From Octopus bimaculoides (Eukaryota), in the NCBI RefSeq assembly GCF_001194135.2, contig NC_069002.1, forward strand, positions 17,090,949-17,154,948: DNA of 64,000 nucleotides, given 5' to 3'. A program made the translations under genes and the position numbers. The notes below the pieces were generated by a model. It made no database searches. It worked only from the letters and a program-made list of their open reading frames with translations, and was not told the origin of the DNA. Position 1 is the stretch's first letter. Every line of letters begins with the position of its first letter. Shown piece after piece: positions 13,450 to 25,479 of the stretch.

Positions 13450-13660
13450 GTGAGTTGGCAGAATTGTTAGCACACTGGGCAAAATGCTTAGTGGTATTTT
13501 GTCCATCATTACATTTTGAGTTCAAATTTCATCGAGGTCAAATTTGCCTTTCATCCTTTCGGGGGTCAATAAAATAAGTACCAGACGAACACTGGGGTTG
13601 ATAGAATTAACTTAACCCCTCTCCCAAAATTACTGGCCTTATACCAAAATTAGAAACAGT
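13450..13660 (+). mobile_element. tRNA-derived SINE, family 2
   Basis: ggcagaat.gttagca...gggcaaaatgcttag...gagttcaaatt...gaggtcaa.tttgcctttcatcctttcggggtc. Related copies at about 5070-5560 (several), 14600-14704, 25160-25335 (-), 27435-27540, 29150-29370, 29845-30010, 44810-45220, 45630-45940, 61785-61920. Confidence 0.85.
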
Positions 13661-14379
13661 CATGAAGCTGGTGCTTGGAATATAAATTAATATGAAATTT
13701 TGATGGAAGTTTTTAATTTTGATCACTTTGAAACAAAGAATTTGTATCATAGAACCAAAGGTGGTGTCAGGTCTGCTAGTATCAAAAGTTTAATGGTGTT
13801 CATGTTTTGCTTACATCATTCCAAGTGTAGCACATAAACCATGTGCTGAGTGGGAATTTCCAGAGAGTCAAAATCCTGATAAGGAAGAATTTGATAGAGT
13901 GTGTAGTGTAGAGTTTAAGATGAACACAATATGGGGTATGACTACTAGAGACAAGTGGATTGGGAGTACCTGAGAGGAGGCAGTACAGTACCAGATAGTT
14001 CTGTGAAACAGAAACCATTGTAGTAGCAACAGAAAAGGGAGAGAGGATACAGCACATCAGTGGATCAGAAGGTTGAAGTATTTTGGTAAGCAACGACGAT
14101 AAATGTTTGTTTATTGGCCGGACATGTTAAACTTATAAACAAGCTAATGAGAAACCCTCTACAAGGTTATCCGACCTACTAGAAATAACAGCAAAATTTC
14201 ACTTAAATAATATAGCATCACAGTTCCAAAAAGGAGTCACATTGAAGAATACAATCCCAGGTAGACTATATCCGATGGATATTCATGATTGGAACGCCTT
14301 TGGGTCTACTTGGTCAGGACAAAGCTGGAGCTAATCAATAACAAAAGTTATTATTTTTTTTATTAATTTTTTTTTTTTT

Positions 14380-14620
14380 GGCGGTGTACACTGTTTACAC
14401 GTGATGCTAAGAGGTTAGTAACTGTTTCTATGGTACCTTTCGTTCGATTGTTGTTTAGGACGCTGGTGTCACTTCCGTAAATTACCGGAGAATTCCGAAA
14501 ACCGTCATCAACTATCAAATTCGATTGGAATTCTTATGATCATCGTTATTCTGTTAATATTATGCCTTACCCTTGGCCATTCTATCAGCAGTATCTAAGA
14601 AAAACACAAGCATGCAGCAC
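14380..14620. promoter_or_regulatory. CpG-enriched promoter-like patch, gene assignment unclear
   Basis: CACGTG near 14397, X-box-like GTTTCTATGGTACC at 14424-14437, CACTTCCG and GATTGG motifs, many CpGs; minus-strand ATGGCCAAGG|gtaagg at 14580-14571. Confidence 0.4.
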
Positions 14621-14704
14621 TGAATGCCTTGAGAAGTTTAGTTACAATTATTTATGTTCTGGGTTCAAAACCCGCTGAAGTCGACCTTGCCTTGAAACCC
14701 TCCG

Positions 14705-14970
14705 NNNNNNNNNNNNNNNNNNNNNNNNNNNNNNNNNNNNNNNNNNNNNNNNNNNNNNNNNNNNNNNNNNNNNNNNNNNNNNNNNNNNNNNNNNNNNNNN
14801 NNNNNNNNNNNNNNNNNNNNNNNNNNNNNNNNNNNNNNNNNNNNNNNNNNNNNNNNNNNNNNNNNNNNNNNNNNNNNNNNNNNNNNNNNNNNNNNNNNNN
14901 NNNNNNNNNNNNNNNNNNNNNNNNNNNNNNNNNNNNNNNNNNNNNNNNNNNNNNNNNNNNNNNNNNNNNN
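14705..14970. other. Assembly gap (N run); other gaps at 46-65, 12091-12100, 19098-19107, 24043-24671, 39795-40300, 41809-41818, 60141-60150
   Basis: Runs of n, usually next to (TA)n tracts. Confidence 0.98.
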
Positions 14971-15345
14971 AAAAAAAAAAACAATCTGACTAGTCTCTAC
15001 GGCTACAATATTCGACATTGTAATTTTAAAAAAGAATCTTGTAATTTTAATAAAACAAAAAAAAAAAGCATTTTCATAATCATAATCTCTGTATTTTTAA
15101 AAGTGGTATCCCCTCTCATCTAACTTAAAAACAAACAAGAAAAAACTAAATAAGAGGGGATTAAAAAAAATACAAAAGGTTTATTTGTATTTATTTAATG
15201 TTTTTCTAACTCTACAGGCTTCACACAGTTCCCGTTTACTAAATCCATTTACAAGGCTTTGATCGGCCAGGTGCTACAGTAGAAAACACTCAATATACCC
15301 CGCTGTGGTATTGAACCCGAAACTGTGTAGGTTGGGGACTGAACT

Positions 15346-15361
15346 TCAAAATGACACTGCG
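15346..15361 (+). promoter_or_regulatory. Antioxidant response element-like motif upstream of GCLM
   Basis: TCAAAATGACACTGCG fits TMAnnRTGAYnnnGCR; about 900 bp upstream of the GCLM ATG, inside a diverged SINE head. Confidence 0.35.
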
Positions 15362-16257
15362 CCTTGTATATGTTTCTTTCCGCTTCTTTGTCACTCACGC
15401 GACCTGTCTTCCTCTCTCCCCCCTTTCTGTTTTCCTTCTCTCACTCTTTAATAATTTTAAATCTTTGTATATGTGTATACGTGAGTGTTCTTGATATCTA
15501 TACTGCTTTTTTTTTAACCTCTTCTCCCCCTAATTCCTTTGATCTAACTGTATCACGCATTATTCTACAGCTTCACTTTTCCCATTTCATCCCCTTTTCT
15601 TGTTGCTTTTATCTTTATTGTTTTTTGTTTCATTTCTCTGTCATTAACTATTAATTATTGGCCCGATTAAACTCTGCCCTTCTCTCAATCTGATCTTTCT
15701 CCCTCTCTCTCTTTCTGCAACATCCTCAACTCATTCAATTCTCCTCCTCTAGGAGAGGGATTATACACTTTTTCTTTTATTTCATTCACCCCCCCCCTCT
15801 CTCTCCCTATTTTATACGTTTTCTTTCTGCTTTCTCCCTGTCTCTCATCAACATCCTCAACTCTTTAAATTATTTCACTCCGTCTTCGCTCTTACTCTTC
15901 TTCCTCTCTCTCTACTGTACATTCTTTCTCTCTATCCATATACGTTTTCTCCCCTCTTTTTGTACTATATACGTTCTTCCCCGCTATCTGCACTATACAT
16001 GTTCTCTCTCTCTCTCTGAACTGTACACATCTTCCTCTCTCACTTAACTATATTACAGCTGCCTCCTTCTCTCTTTTTGTTCCCTTCTCGTTCTTCCTCT
16101 TCCTTTCTCTCTCTATTTCAGGCCTATCCCGTTTACCTCTGTCTCATCTCCTCTGACCTCTTATATTGCAGCAGTCCCGACTGTCTAATTACACAGTGGC
16201 GACGCACACCATCGAAGCAATACTTCTGTCTATATCTTTCTCTCCAACTGCTCGCAA

Positions 16258-16371
16258 ATGGCCTACCCATGTCCAGTCTTTCCGAACGCTTCATCATTGT
16301 TTGTGCACAGTGGCAACATATTAAATTGGAATCGACTTAAGAAAAAACCATTACAGAGTCAACAAGAAGAG
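16258..16371 (+). CDS. GCLM: GCLM exon 1 (glutamate-cysteine ligase modifier subunit)
   Basis: MAYPCPVFPNASSLFVHSGNILNWNRLKKKPLQSQQEE|gtaaag matches the GCLM N-terminal motif (LHxGNxxNWxRLxKK...EE); phase 0. Confidence 0.92.
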
Positions 16372-16765
16372 GTAAAGAGAAGTCTCTTGTTTATTTTTGT
16401 TATACTTGTTTACTGTCCCAGGCCAGTCCTGAATTAACTGACCTATTGATCGAAAGTGTTTCAGTTGAAACCATCTCGACCTTTTGATTTTAATTTCGTT
16501 TAGAGTTATCTAGAAGAACTGCGATACTTCAAACTGTTCTTTCCTTTATTTTGTGATAGTATGATATTTAATTTTAGGAAGATTTGGTTGCTGTTTCTAA
16601 CATTTCAACATATTGAAGAATCTTCTTTGCGTGTGCATATGCACACACACGCACACACATACGTAGACGCTTTCGAACGAGGGGGAAAAAAAACACAGTA
16701 CTCAATCCACAATGTGTGTATTTATCATTATTGTATTATTTATCATTATTATAAGCTCTTTGGTT

Positions 16766-17087
16766 GTTATGTAACAGTGGTCCACGTGAAGATTCTATCA
16801 TTATATAGTTATGATTGCTCGCGTTGCCGTTGATCAGGGAACTTAGGCTTTATCGAATAAGAAGTCGAAATTGAAAAGCTCTTTTAACAACAAAATCCAT
16901 TGAACTCAATTTCATATCTCGAATCTTACTCCTCTTTTGTAATAACAAATTCATGCACGCACACACATACACGCATATATTATTTATTAATCGAAGTGTA
17001 CAGTATTATATATCTATTACGGCCGATGTGACCAATCGGTTTCGCACTAAGGATTCAACGGGTTATGTAACAACCCGGTTATGTAAC
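16766..17087 (+). promoter_or_regulatory. Three D-box (PAR-bZIP/NFIL3) motifs plus an E-box in GCLM intron 1
   Basis: GTTATGTAAC at 16766-16775, 17062-17071 and 17078-17087; CACGTG at 16783-16788. Confidence 0.55.
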
Positions 17088-17156
17088 CCTGCGCTAGGGG
17101 ATAGGGTATATACGTGTGTGTGTGTGTGTGTGTGCATTATATATATATATGGCGGA

Positions 17157-17237
17157 GGTAAAGAATACGCACACCACCCGTTTTGGGCGTAACCCTAATA
17201 CTAAACACTGAAAAAGTGTGATGTGCGTATTCTTTAC
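17157..17237. repeat. Small hairpin/MITE-like element
   Basis: ggtaaagaatacgcacaccac ... gtgatgtgcgtattctttacc inverted arms around an aacccta motif. Confidence 0.6.
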
Positions 17238-17432
17238 CAACGGACATTAAATGATGATGATGATATGCATATATATACCTGAAAATTGGCCTTGCCCAGA
17301 TGTGGTTTGGAGGTTCTGTTTTATAGCTCGTTAATTATTTCTAGTAATCAGTACTAAATACTCATGATTTATGTATGAATTCATACGGGTTGGTCAACAA
17401 AAAGTGTACTCCATCTGGCGAGAGTAAAAATT

Positions 17433-17550
17433 ATTGTTTTATACGATCACCTCACATGCATAAACCACGCTACTAATAGTTTCACGTACTTAGGTTTCCA
17501 TTTAGGTGAAGCTAGTGTGCTTTATGCATGTGAGGTGATCGCATAAAACA

Positions 17551-17552
<2 letters not shown>
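17433..17552. repeat. 32-bp inverted repeat hairpin
   Basis: attgttttatacgatcacctcacatgcataaa (17433-17464) versus tttatgcatgtgaggtgatcgcataaaacaat (17521-17552), one mismatch. Confidence 0.8.
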
Positions 17553-17585
<33 letters not shown>

Positions 17586-18318
17586 AGTACTGTGAACGTG
17601 GTGTTCTTAGGTAATAGAATTATAAAGAAAAAGAAATAAAACTGTTTATAAAATAAGTTATTGTGTTGATTATTAGAGGGTGTCTCCATTTCTGTAATAA
17701 ATTGCATCAAAGGTAAGCCCAACCCTAAAAATCATAGATTAGTCCACATGCTCATCGTTTTGTTTTCACACACATACACATACTAGCGTAACCAGTGTGT
17801 GTTTACACATACAGACACGTATCGCACATGTGTATGTATATGTTCAAGTTGAACAATGTTTTTAACTAGCTAAATAAATAAACTGTGCATTGTGAGTTCA
17901 ATCTGATGTAAGGGCTTTCTTATTTCGTTTCCCTATGGAGGACACCTTATCCCTCTCTGACCAAGTCCATTTAGTTCGTCATTGTAAATGTGTTAGTGCC
18001 AGATTGTCTGGGAGAATATATTTTTCCCCCTTGCTTATCAGAAGACATTTAAATATGTCTCTGTGTCTGCTGTCTCTCTTTATTTGTAAGTCTCTCTCTC
18101 TCTCACTCTCTTTCTCTGTCTTTCTGTCAATCTTTCTGTTTGTTCTTCTGTATGTGTATTTGTCTATCACTATTCATGTTTGTCTTTCTGTCTGTATTTC
18201 TAGCTGCCTTTCTCTGTCTGTCTTTGTCTCTCTTTCTTTCTGCCTGCCTATCAGTCTTTCTATTTGTCTATGTCTGTCTATATATTTGTCTGTATGTATC
18301 TAATTTTCTGTCTGTTTG

Positions 18319-18373
<55 letters not shown>

Positions 18374-19073
18374 CTCTTTGTCTGTCTGTGCGTCAGTTTA
18401 CCTGTTTATATATATATGGGGGTGGTCACTAAAAAAAAAGTCGATAGGTAAATTTTTGTTTCGGGTGTTTACAGTCCTCCCCCCCCCCCAAAAAAAAAAC
18501 CGGATTTTGTGTTCAATAGTTGTGATTTCACGTATATCAGGTTATATAACTGACCACGATATGGCCTTGAATTTCTTATTGTTGGAAACTTGTCATTTTG
18601 GTACGATTTATTGGGCTAAATCGAAAGATTACCGATTTATTTATAATCTGGTGATTTGATCTTTTTTTTTTCACCTTTGTTTTTCCTTTTTTAAAGTTTC
18701 TCATCTTTGTTTCTTTTTTCTTTCTTTCTTTAAAATACCTCACCGCACTGTCTATAGTTTTTCCTTATTTCCTTCACCGCATTTTGTAAAGACTGAGTGC
18801 TAGAATGCACAAAACAAAAAAAACATACCAGTAGTAGATGATGTATATCTGTTTCTTTTAAAACCATACGCTTATGAGCCATGTTATCTTGAAACAAATA
18901 TTGCAGTTGTATCAGGCTTTGAATAGTGTATCTGCATTAAGTATGATGCACAGATTGCTATTTTGAACTAATACTGCTTCTGTCACTCATAATGGTGCAG
19001 CTCTCCAGCTTGCTAGCTCTGGTCAAGCCGTCCGACCCATGCCAGCATGGACAACGGACATTAAATGATGATG

Positions 19074-19117
<44 letters not shown>

Positions 19118-19599
19118 NNNNNNNNNNTGTGTGTGTGTGAAAATTTATACTACAGGCTTTAATTACAATTGCAATATTTGTTTCCATGCTGTGGTAACAG
19201 CTGCAAGTTGTTTAGTTTTCAGTCTTGTATCATTACATGGATTGTTTTATAAATAATTGCATAAATGAATACAATCCAGCTGCATTTTTTCCAGGCATGT
19301 TGCTTTCAAAGAACTGCTGGATCACATTCAGTTTCCTCACTGTCTTTGCATTATTAACCTTCTTCTTTTACCGAGTAGCTCACAGTTCAAGGTGACACAA
19401 GTTATAAATACTAATATATATATACATATATAATATACAAGACGGCACCCAAAAGTAACTGGAAATGTTCTCTGTGGGACAAACCCATTGTAGTTCAGCC
19501 TTCTGCTGCTAGAAGCCACTTGATACAATCCTCAGGCATCAGTCTGCTGACTGGTGTTAAGTCTGGTTGTACTGCCACATGGTGCATCTTTGTTTTACA

Positions 19600-19770
19600 G
19601 TGCATCTCCCATGTTTGTTGATTTTTGCAATAGCTGAAATGAAGGGACAGCATGCTTCCATGAAATTCTGTTTTCTACTGGGGAATATGGTAGCCAAAAC
19701 AGTTGTCATGCTTCAAACAGCTGCCATGAGCAAAACACAAGTTTATGTAATTTAGCAATCAAGGATTGAA
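19600..19770 (+). mobile_element. Mariner transposase N-terminal remnant
   Basis: KGQHASMKFCFLLGNMVAKTVVMLQTAAMSKTQVY resembles the mariner HTH (QRxxIKFC...MS(R/K)TQVY). Confidence 0.6.
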
Positions 19771-20149
19771 TCCATGTTATGCCTGCATGAAGCCACTACA
19801 AATATGTTGTGGAATAAAAAATTTATCTATTGTCTTGGAAAAAGTGTAACTGTAAAAAAGCAGAATTATCGGTGTAATGGGCATTCAAAAAGTATGTATG
19901 TGTAGAAATGTATGAATGAAGTCTTTAAGATTGAAATCAAGGAAGTGCAATAATAATGTTTAGCAGTTCAAAACTGAGTAGTGAAATGCAGAATTAGGTT
20001 GGCTGATCGTGAGAATCAAATATTGATCACTTCGCTAAAAACTGCAGGTGATATGGGTTATTTCCCTTGGATTGTTTAAATAAAATGTTAGTAATATGTA
20101 GTAGATAGAAGGATCCTTTGGAGGGGCCCTGTTATCGATTTAAAGCAAC

Positions 20150-21080
20150 TTGATGTGGTAATATGCACATTATATTGCCCACCCAATGCCTCAAATCATA
20201 ACAGTAAATTTGAGGAAAGCCTTACAATGATAAAAGAAGTGCTAACAAAACAAGAATAAAGCGTAAATGTACTTCTGATGGGTGACTTCAACTTCTATAA
20301 TATTAGATGGCTGGAAAGTGACCTAAACTCAGGAATGACATGCAAAAAGCACAATCAAATAGAATTTTTGCTTGATTTCACAAAACTGCTGTTCATTGGG
20401 CAAACCGTACTCTTCCCAACCAGAAACAATGTCTTAGACCTTTGCTCCACCAACTGTGAGGAACTTATTCCCAGTGTGAAGATATCACTGACAATATTCT
20501 CAGACCATAACATTATAAAACTGATGACGTAAAAACCAAAACTAATTAATGATGTATTCCACACAGATGGTATTCAAACCATTTTCAGTTTGAACTCCTA
20601 TAAAGCTGGCTGCAAATCAGTTGAAAAACAGATTCTCCAGCAAAACTGGCTTAAAAGTCTCTCTTTGCAAGACATTGATATGAAACTTAAAGAATTCATG
20701 TCACTAATGTCCCAGAGAAGAGAGCAACTACATATAAAAACTTCATTCTCTGAGCAGGAGAGTCCTTATGAAACAGAGAATAAAGTTCTCTAAGTACTTA
20801 AATAAACTTAATGATAGTGAGAAATCCCTCCTCAAAGAAGTACTCTTAGTGACTGAAAATAAACCCAGACTCTCCCATAAAAGAAAGGGTAGAAAGAGAA
20901 TCCAGGGCAGTGGACAATATTAAAATGGATCCTAAAACCTTCTACAAGTTTGCAAAAGAATCTGCCTCGGTTAACTACAAGGGCCACTGTTTTTTAAGAA
21001 GACAGTTCACTGACGGCAGACCCCCAGGAGGATAAGTGAAGTGCTAATAAATAAACAATTCCAAAATATCTTTATCTTTC
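20150..21080 (+). mobile_element. Degenerate non-LTR retrotransposon, APE endonuclease and linker (CR1/L2-like group)
   Basis: LLMGDFNFYNIRW...FPTRNNVLDLCSTN...FSDHNII endonuclease motifs, then a broken linker (VDNIKMDPKTFYKFAK). Confidence 0.8.
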
Positions 21081-21578
21081 CACTGAGGCTGGAAATGGAA
21101 AATAGATTTCTTGTTCAGAGCAAAGGTCAAATTTTGTTAAGGAAAGACATCAATCACTTCAATTGACTCTAAAGGAACAAAAAGCTGTTGACAACAATGG
21201 GATTTGAACTCAGAAGTGAGAGGCTCTTGACTGCATACATAAAATGTATCTAATGCAATAATAATCTCTACCACTCTGGTTTTATATCTGAAATTAGTTG
21301 CAGAATTTCTGAAGACACAAGATCAAGTGTTAAATAAGAGGCAAGATAAGCACTTAAGTCAACTAAGAAATGTTACTGGCATTTGTTTACTCTACCTCCA
21401 ATGGATTAGAAGCAAATCAACTTACATGCATTTTCTACAGTGTACATAAACTTAACTGCCCTATATTTTGTTTCTACAGTTACTGTTGTCTAATGACAAA
21501 GCTAATAAATTTTATTTTATTTTTTTGAAAATTTATGTAGTTCGCCTCAACCTGATACTCATTGTAAACAGACCTTGC

Positions 21579-21990
21579 AAACCAAGGAGGAATCCTTGAT
21601 GTGGAACTGTGTTCCCTCAAACCATACCCAACCCTCTCAGAAAAAGCAGTTGACACTCCTCTTATCTGTCAAGGGACATGACTAAGCAAAATAATTGTCT
21701 TTCAAAACATACATATTTCAACTCACTCTGACACTCATTGCAACATTGAATTGACAAACCAAGGAGGGAATCTCAATATCATAGTTTACTTACTTGAATT
21801 TAACCACATTCCCTCAGACCATACCCAACTATCTCAGAAAAGACAACTAACACTCTTCTTACTTGTCTAATAACATGACGAAGCAAAATTAATTGTTTTC
21901 CAAAACGTGCATGTCTCAAATCACTGGTTCTCATGGTAGTATTGAATTTACAAACCAAAGAGTCTCAATATTGTAGTTTACTTGCTAGAA
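21579..21990. repeat. Diverged tandem repeat, about 180-195 bp unit, about 2.2 copies
   Basis: Units start aaaccaagga/aaaccaaaga near 21579, 21757 and 21952 and share ttccctca.accatacccaac..tctcagaaaa and acatgac.aagcaaaat. Confidence 0.75.
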
Positions 21991-22104
21991 ATAACAACCA
22001 TGTCTAACTTAATAGCACCACCTGATAGAATTATCTAAATCCTTTTTAAGTCAAGTTTTGTGGTATTATGGGCCATTCAAGTAGTCAGTTCTTGTTGAAT
22101 GAGT

Positions 22105-22176
22105 TGTATCCAGGTATGGGTGGCTTATCTGTATCCAGGTATGGGTGGTTTATCTGTATCCAGGTATGGGTGGCTT
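22105..22176. repeat. 25-bp tandem repeat x3 next to the truncated LINE end
   Basis: tgtatccaggtatgggtgg(c/t)ttatc repeated three times. Confidence 0.9.
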
Positions 22177-22196
22177 GTAGAAATTTGTCCAGACTT

Positions 22197-23950
22197 TGTT
22201 TAAAGATGACGGGATCCTTGTTCTGTGGACCGGAAGGTTCTTAAGATCCAGGAGTTCATCCTACGAGCTACATCGACCTTATTGTTGATGTGGGTACTCC
22301 AACTGAGATTGTTATCAACAATTACACCTAGGTCTCTGATATTATTAGATGCTGTGAACGGTTCCCCTGAAGGAAGAGAGTACGGCTGTTTTAGTATAGT
22401 CTTTCTTCCAAAATGCATCAGCTCAAATTTTCCCTCGTTTAGTTTCATTTTGTTTTTATCTGCCCATTGACTCAGAGCATATAGAACAGACTGGAGTTCA
22501 GTTCGGTCTTCTACTTCATTGATGATTTGCTGGAGCTTAGTGTCATCAGCAAATATTTTCACTTTGCATTGATTTACAACGCTGGGAAGGTCGTTTATGT
22601 AGATTATAAAGAGGAGTGGGCCCAAGACAGTCCCCTGAGGAACACCACTGGTGACTTTTGCTGGGCTTGAGTGAACTCCATCGACCACAACATGTTGTGT
22701 TCTATTCGCCAGGAAATACTCAATCCAGTGTAGAAGTTTTCCATGGATTCCAACATTTGCCAATTTTGAGAGTAAGATATTATGGTCAAACCTGTTGAAT
22801 GCTTTACTGAAGTCAATATATATGACATCAGAGTTTGAACCTGTTCCCAAGGCTTTAAGTATATCTTCAATGTGGTGTAAGAGCTGTGTTAGACAGTCCC
22901 TGCCACAGCGAAATCCATGCTGGTTTGCATTTAGGAGTCTGTGGGTCTCCAGGAAGCCAGCTATCCTTGATCTTACCACCCTTTCAAACACTTTAATGAT
23001 GTGGAAGGTGAGTGAAATTGGGCAATAGTTGACTGCGAGGGATGTTTCCCTGCTTGAAAACCGGGATGACAGACTGGGTTAGGAGCTGTTTCGGAATATA
23101 ACCTGAGTCTAAAGAATTTCTCTAGGGGTTGGTCAGAGGGACTGCAAGTTGGTTTCTACATTCCTTCAGGAGACTTGCAGGGAATCTATCAGGGCCTACA
23201 GCAGAATAGTATTTGACCTCATTTATTGATGTCTGAGGCAGCGATGGTTATGTCCGAGATTTTATATTGCAAATCAACTTCATTCGCTTCTCTTACATCA
23301 GTATCAGTGGGATCACTAAAGACAGAGCAGTATTGTTTATGCAGTATTTCTGCCATTTTTTTAGCATTGTGTTGAGGAATGCCATTATCATCAATCAATG
23401 GCCCAATAAGTGAGACAGCAGTTCTATGCTTATTTGCATAATAATAGAACACTTTTGGGTTCTTTTTGATGTTTTTGATTACCCACTGTTCCTCTGCAAC
23501 TCTTTGATTTTCAATGGAGGTTTTCATGTCGGTCTGCAGATGAAGTTTTTCCAACTCCAGCCTTTTCATTGTTGTTGAATGTGGATGTTGTATGAGGGAG
23601 TATTTTAACTGGTTGATTTTTTATTGAGTCTTTTGATGTGCCTGATGAGTGTTTTCTTCTTTCTAGGGAGCCAGTTTCTGTTTGTGTTTGTGGATTTTGT
23701 AGGAGCGTGTTTTGAGCATGTATAGGTGACAATGTTCTCAAAGTGCTACTATGCAGTCTCAATGTGAGTGGAACTGAGAGTGTAGGACAGATCCTTTCTG
23801 ATTGCTCCCCAGTCTGCTTTGTGGAAGTTTATGTTGTCAAATAAGTGCAGTGGAGTGGGACTGGCTGGTTTGGTTTTGATATGCCGGGAATTAAAATTGC
23901 AGAGTATCATGTCATGGTCTGAGAGGAGAGTTTTTTCAACCGAAATACTG
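22197..23950 (-). mobile_element. Non-LTR retrotransposon ORF2 fragment (RT; CR1/L2-like), truncated and frameshifted
   Basis: ORF 22200-22991: NQHGFR...YIDFSKAF...SGVPQGTVLGPLLFIIYINDLP...IFADDTKL; upstream linker KKNPKVFYYYAN and SDHDMI endonuclease end. Confidence 0.92.
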
Positions 23951-24009
23951 TGAACGGAGCTAGAGTGTTATTAAGGCAATATGTGTATGTATATATGTAT
24001 GTATGTATG

Positions 24010-24042
<33 letters not shown>

Positions 24043-25479
24043 NNNNNNNNNNNNNNNNNNNNNNNNNNNNNNNNNNNNNNNNNNNNNNNNNNNNNNNNNN
24101 NNNNNNNNNNNNNNNNNNNNNNNNNNNNNNNNNNNNNNNNNNNNNNNNNNNNNNNNNNNNNNNNNNNNNNNNNNNNNNNNNNNNNNNNNNNNNNNNNNNN
24201 NNNNNNNNNNNNNNNNNNNNNNNNNNNNNNNNNNNNNNNNNNNNNNNNNNNNNNNNNNNNNNNNNNNNNNNNNNNNNNNNNNNNNNNNNNNNNNNNNNNN
24301 NNNNNNNNNNNNNNNNNNNNNNNNNNNNNNNNNNNNNNNNNNNNNNNNNNNNNNNNNNNNNNNNNNNNNNNNNNNNNNNNNNNNNNNNNNNNNNNNNNNN
24401 NNNNNNNNNNNNNNNNNNNNNNNNNNNNNNNNNNNNNNNNNNNNNNNNNNNNNNNNNNNNNNNNNNNNNNNNNNNNNNNNNNNNNNNNNNNNNNNNNNNN
24501 NNNNNNNNNNNNNNNNNNNNNNNNNNNNNNNNNNNNNNNNNNNNNNNNNNNNNNNNNNNNNNNNNNNNNNNNNNNNNNNNNNNNNNNNNNNNNNNNNNNN
24601 NNNNNNNNNNNNNNNNNNNNNNNNNNNNNNNNNNNNNNNNNNNNNNNNNNNNNNNNNNNNNNNNNNNNNNNGATGGAAAGGAGAGATAAGAACAGAAAAG
24701 ATTAAAGAGCAGAATATAAGGAAAGTTGTCAATGCCAGTTTGTGATACAAAGTACTGACAGGCTACTGACCCACCTCCTACCTCTCCCCACATATGTCAG
24801 AAAACTGTGTTCCTGCAAAATGCGCTTTCTTATATATTCACTGACTTACCCTGGTCCTTAAAACAACGAACCTCCACAGCAGCTGGATATGATTTTATGG
24901 TAGACACAAACACGATGCCTATGTTGATGTTTCATGCTTGTCACAGGTAGAACAGTGACACCTCGTTGTAAACAGGAGCAATGAAGGTATGGCTTCAGGA
25001 ATACAACTGTGCTGAAGTCTGTGACTGGCTCAGTGCTTTATGGAACTCTTTCTAAATGCCCCTCCCCATCTCTTCATACCAATGTTTCAATCAGGTTAAT
25101 ATTTCAACTTGACTTAATAATAATAATAATAGTCCTTTCTACGATAGAAACAATGCCTGAAATTTGGGTTGGTGGGAAGAACAGTCAATTACATTGACCC
25201 CAGTGCATCGACTCCAAAAGAATGAAAGGCCAAGTCAACCTCAGCAGAATTTGAACTCAGAACGAATAAATGGACGAAATGCTGCTAAGCATTTTCCCCA
25301 GTGTGCTAATGATTCTACCAGCTCACCGCCTTAATAACAATAAAGATGATGATGATGATGATAATAATAATAATGTCTTCTTTATTGGCCACAAGAGCCA
25401 AACACAAAACAAAAAAGAACAATACAAAACAAGAGACATGTGAGGCTTAGCACTAAAATCCATGTATATAGTAAAACTA

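Noticed and set aside
23950-24793. Long ORFs of 200-277 aa, also 14629-15123 and 39771-40408
   Set aside because: Artefacts of N gaps translated as X.
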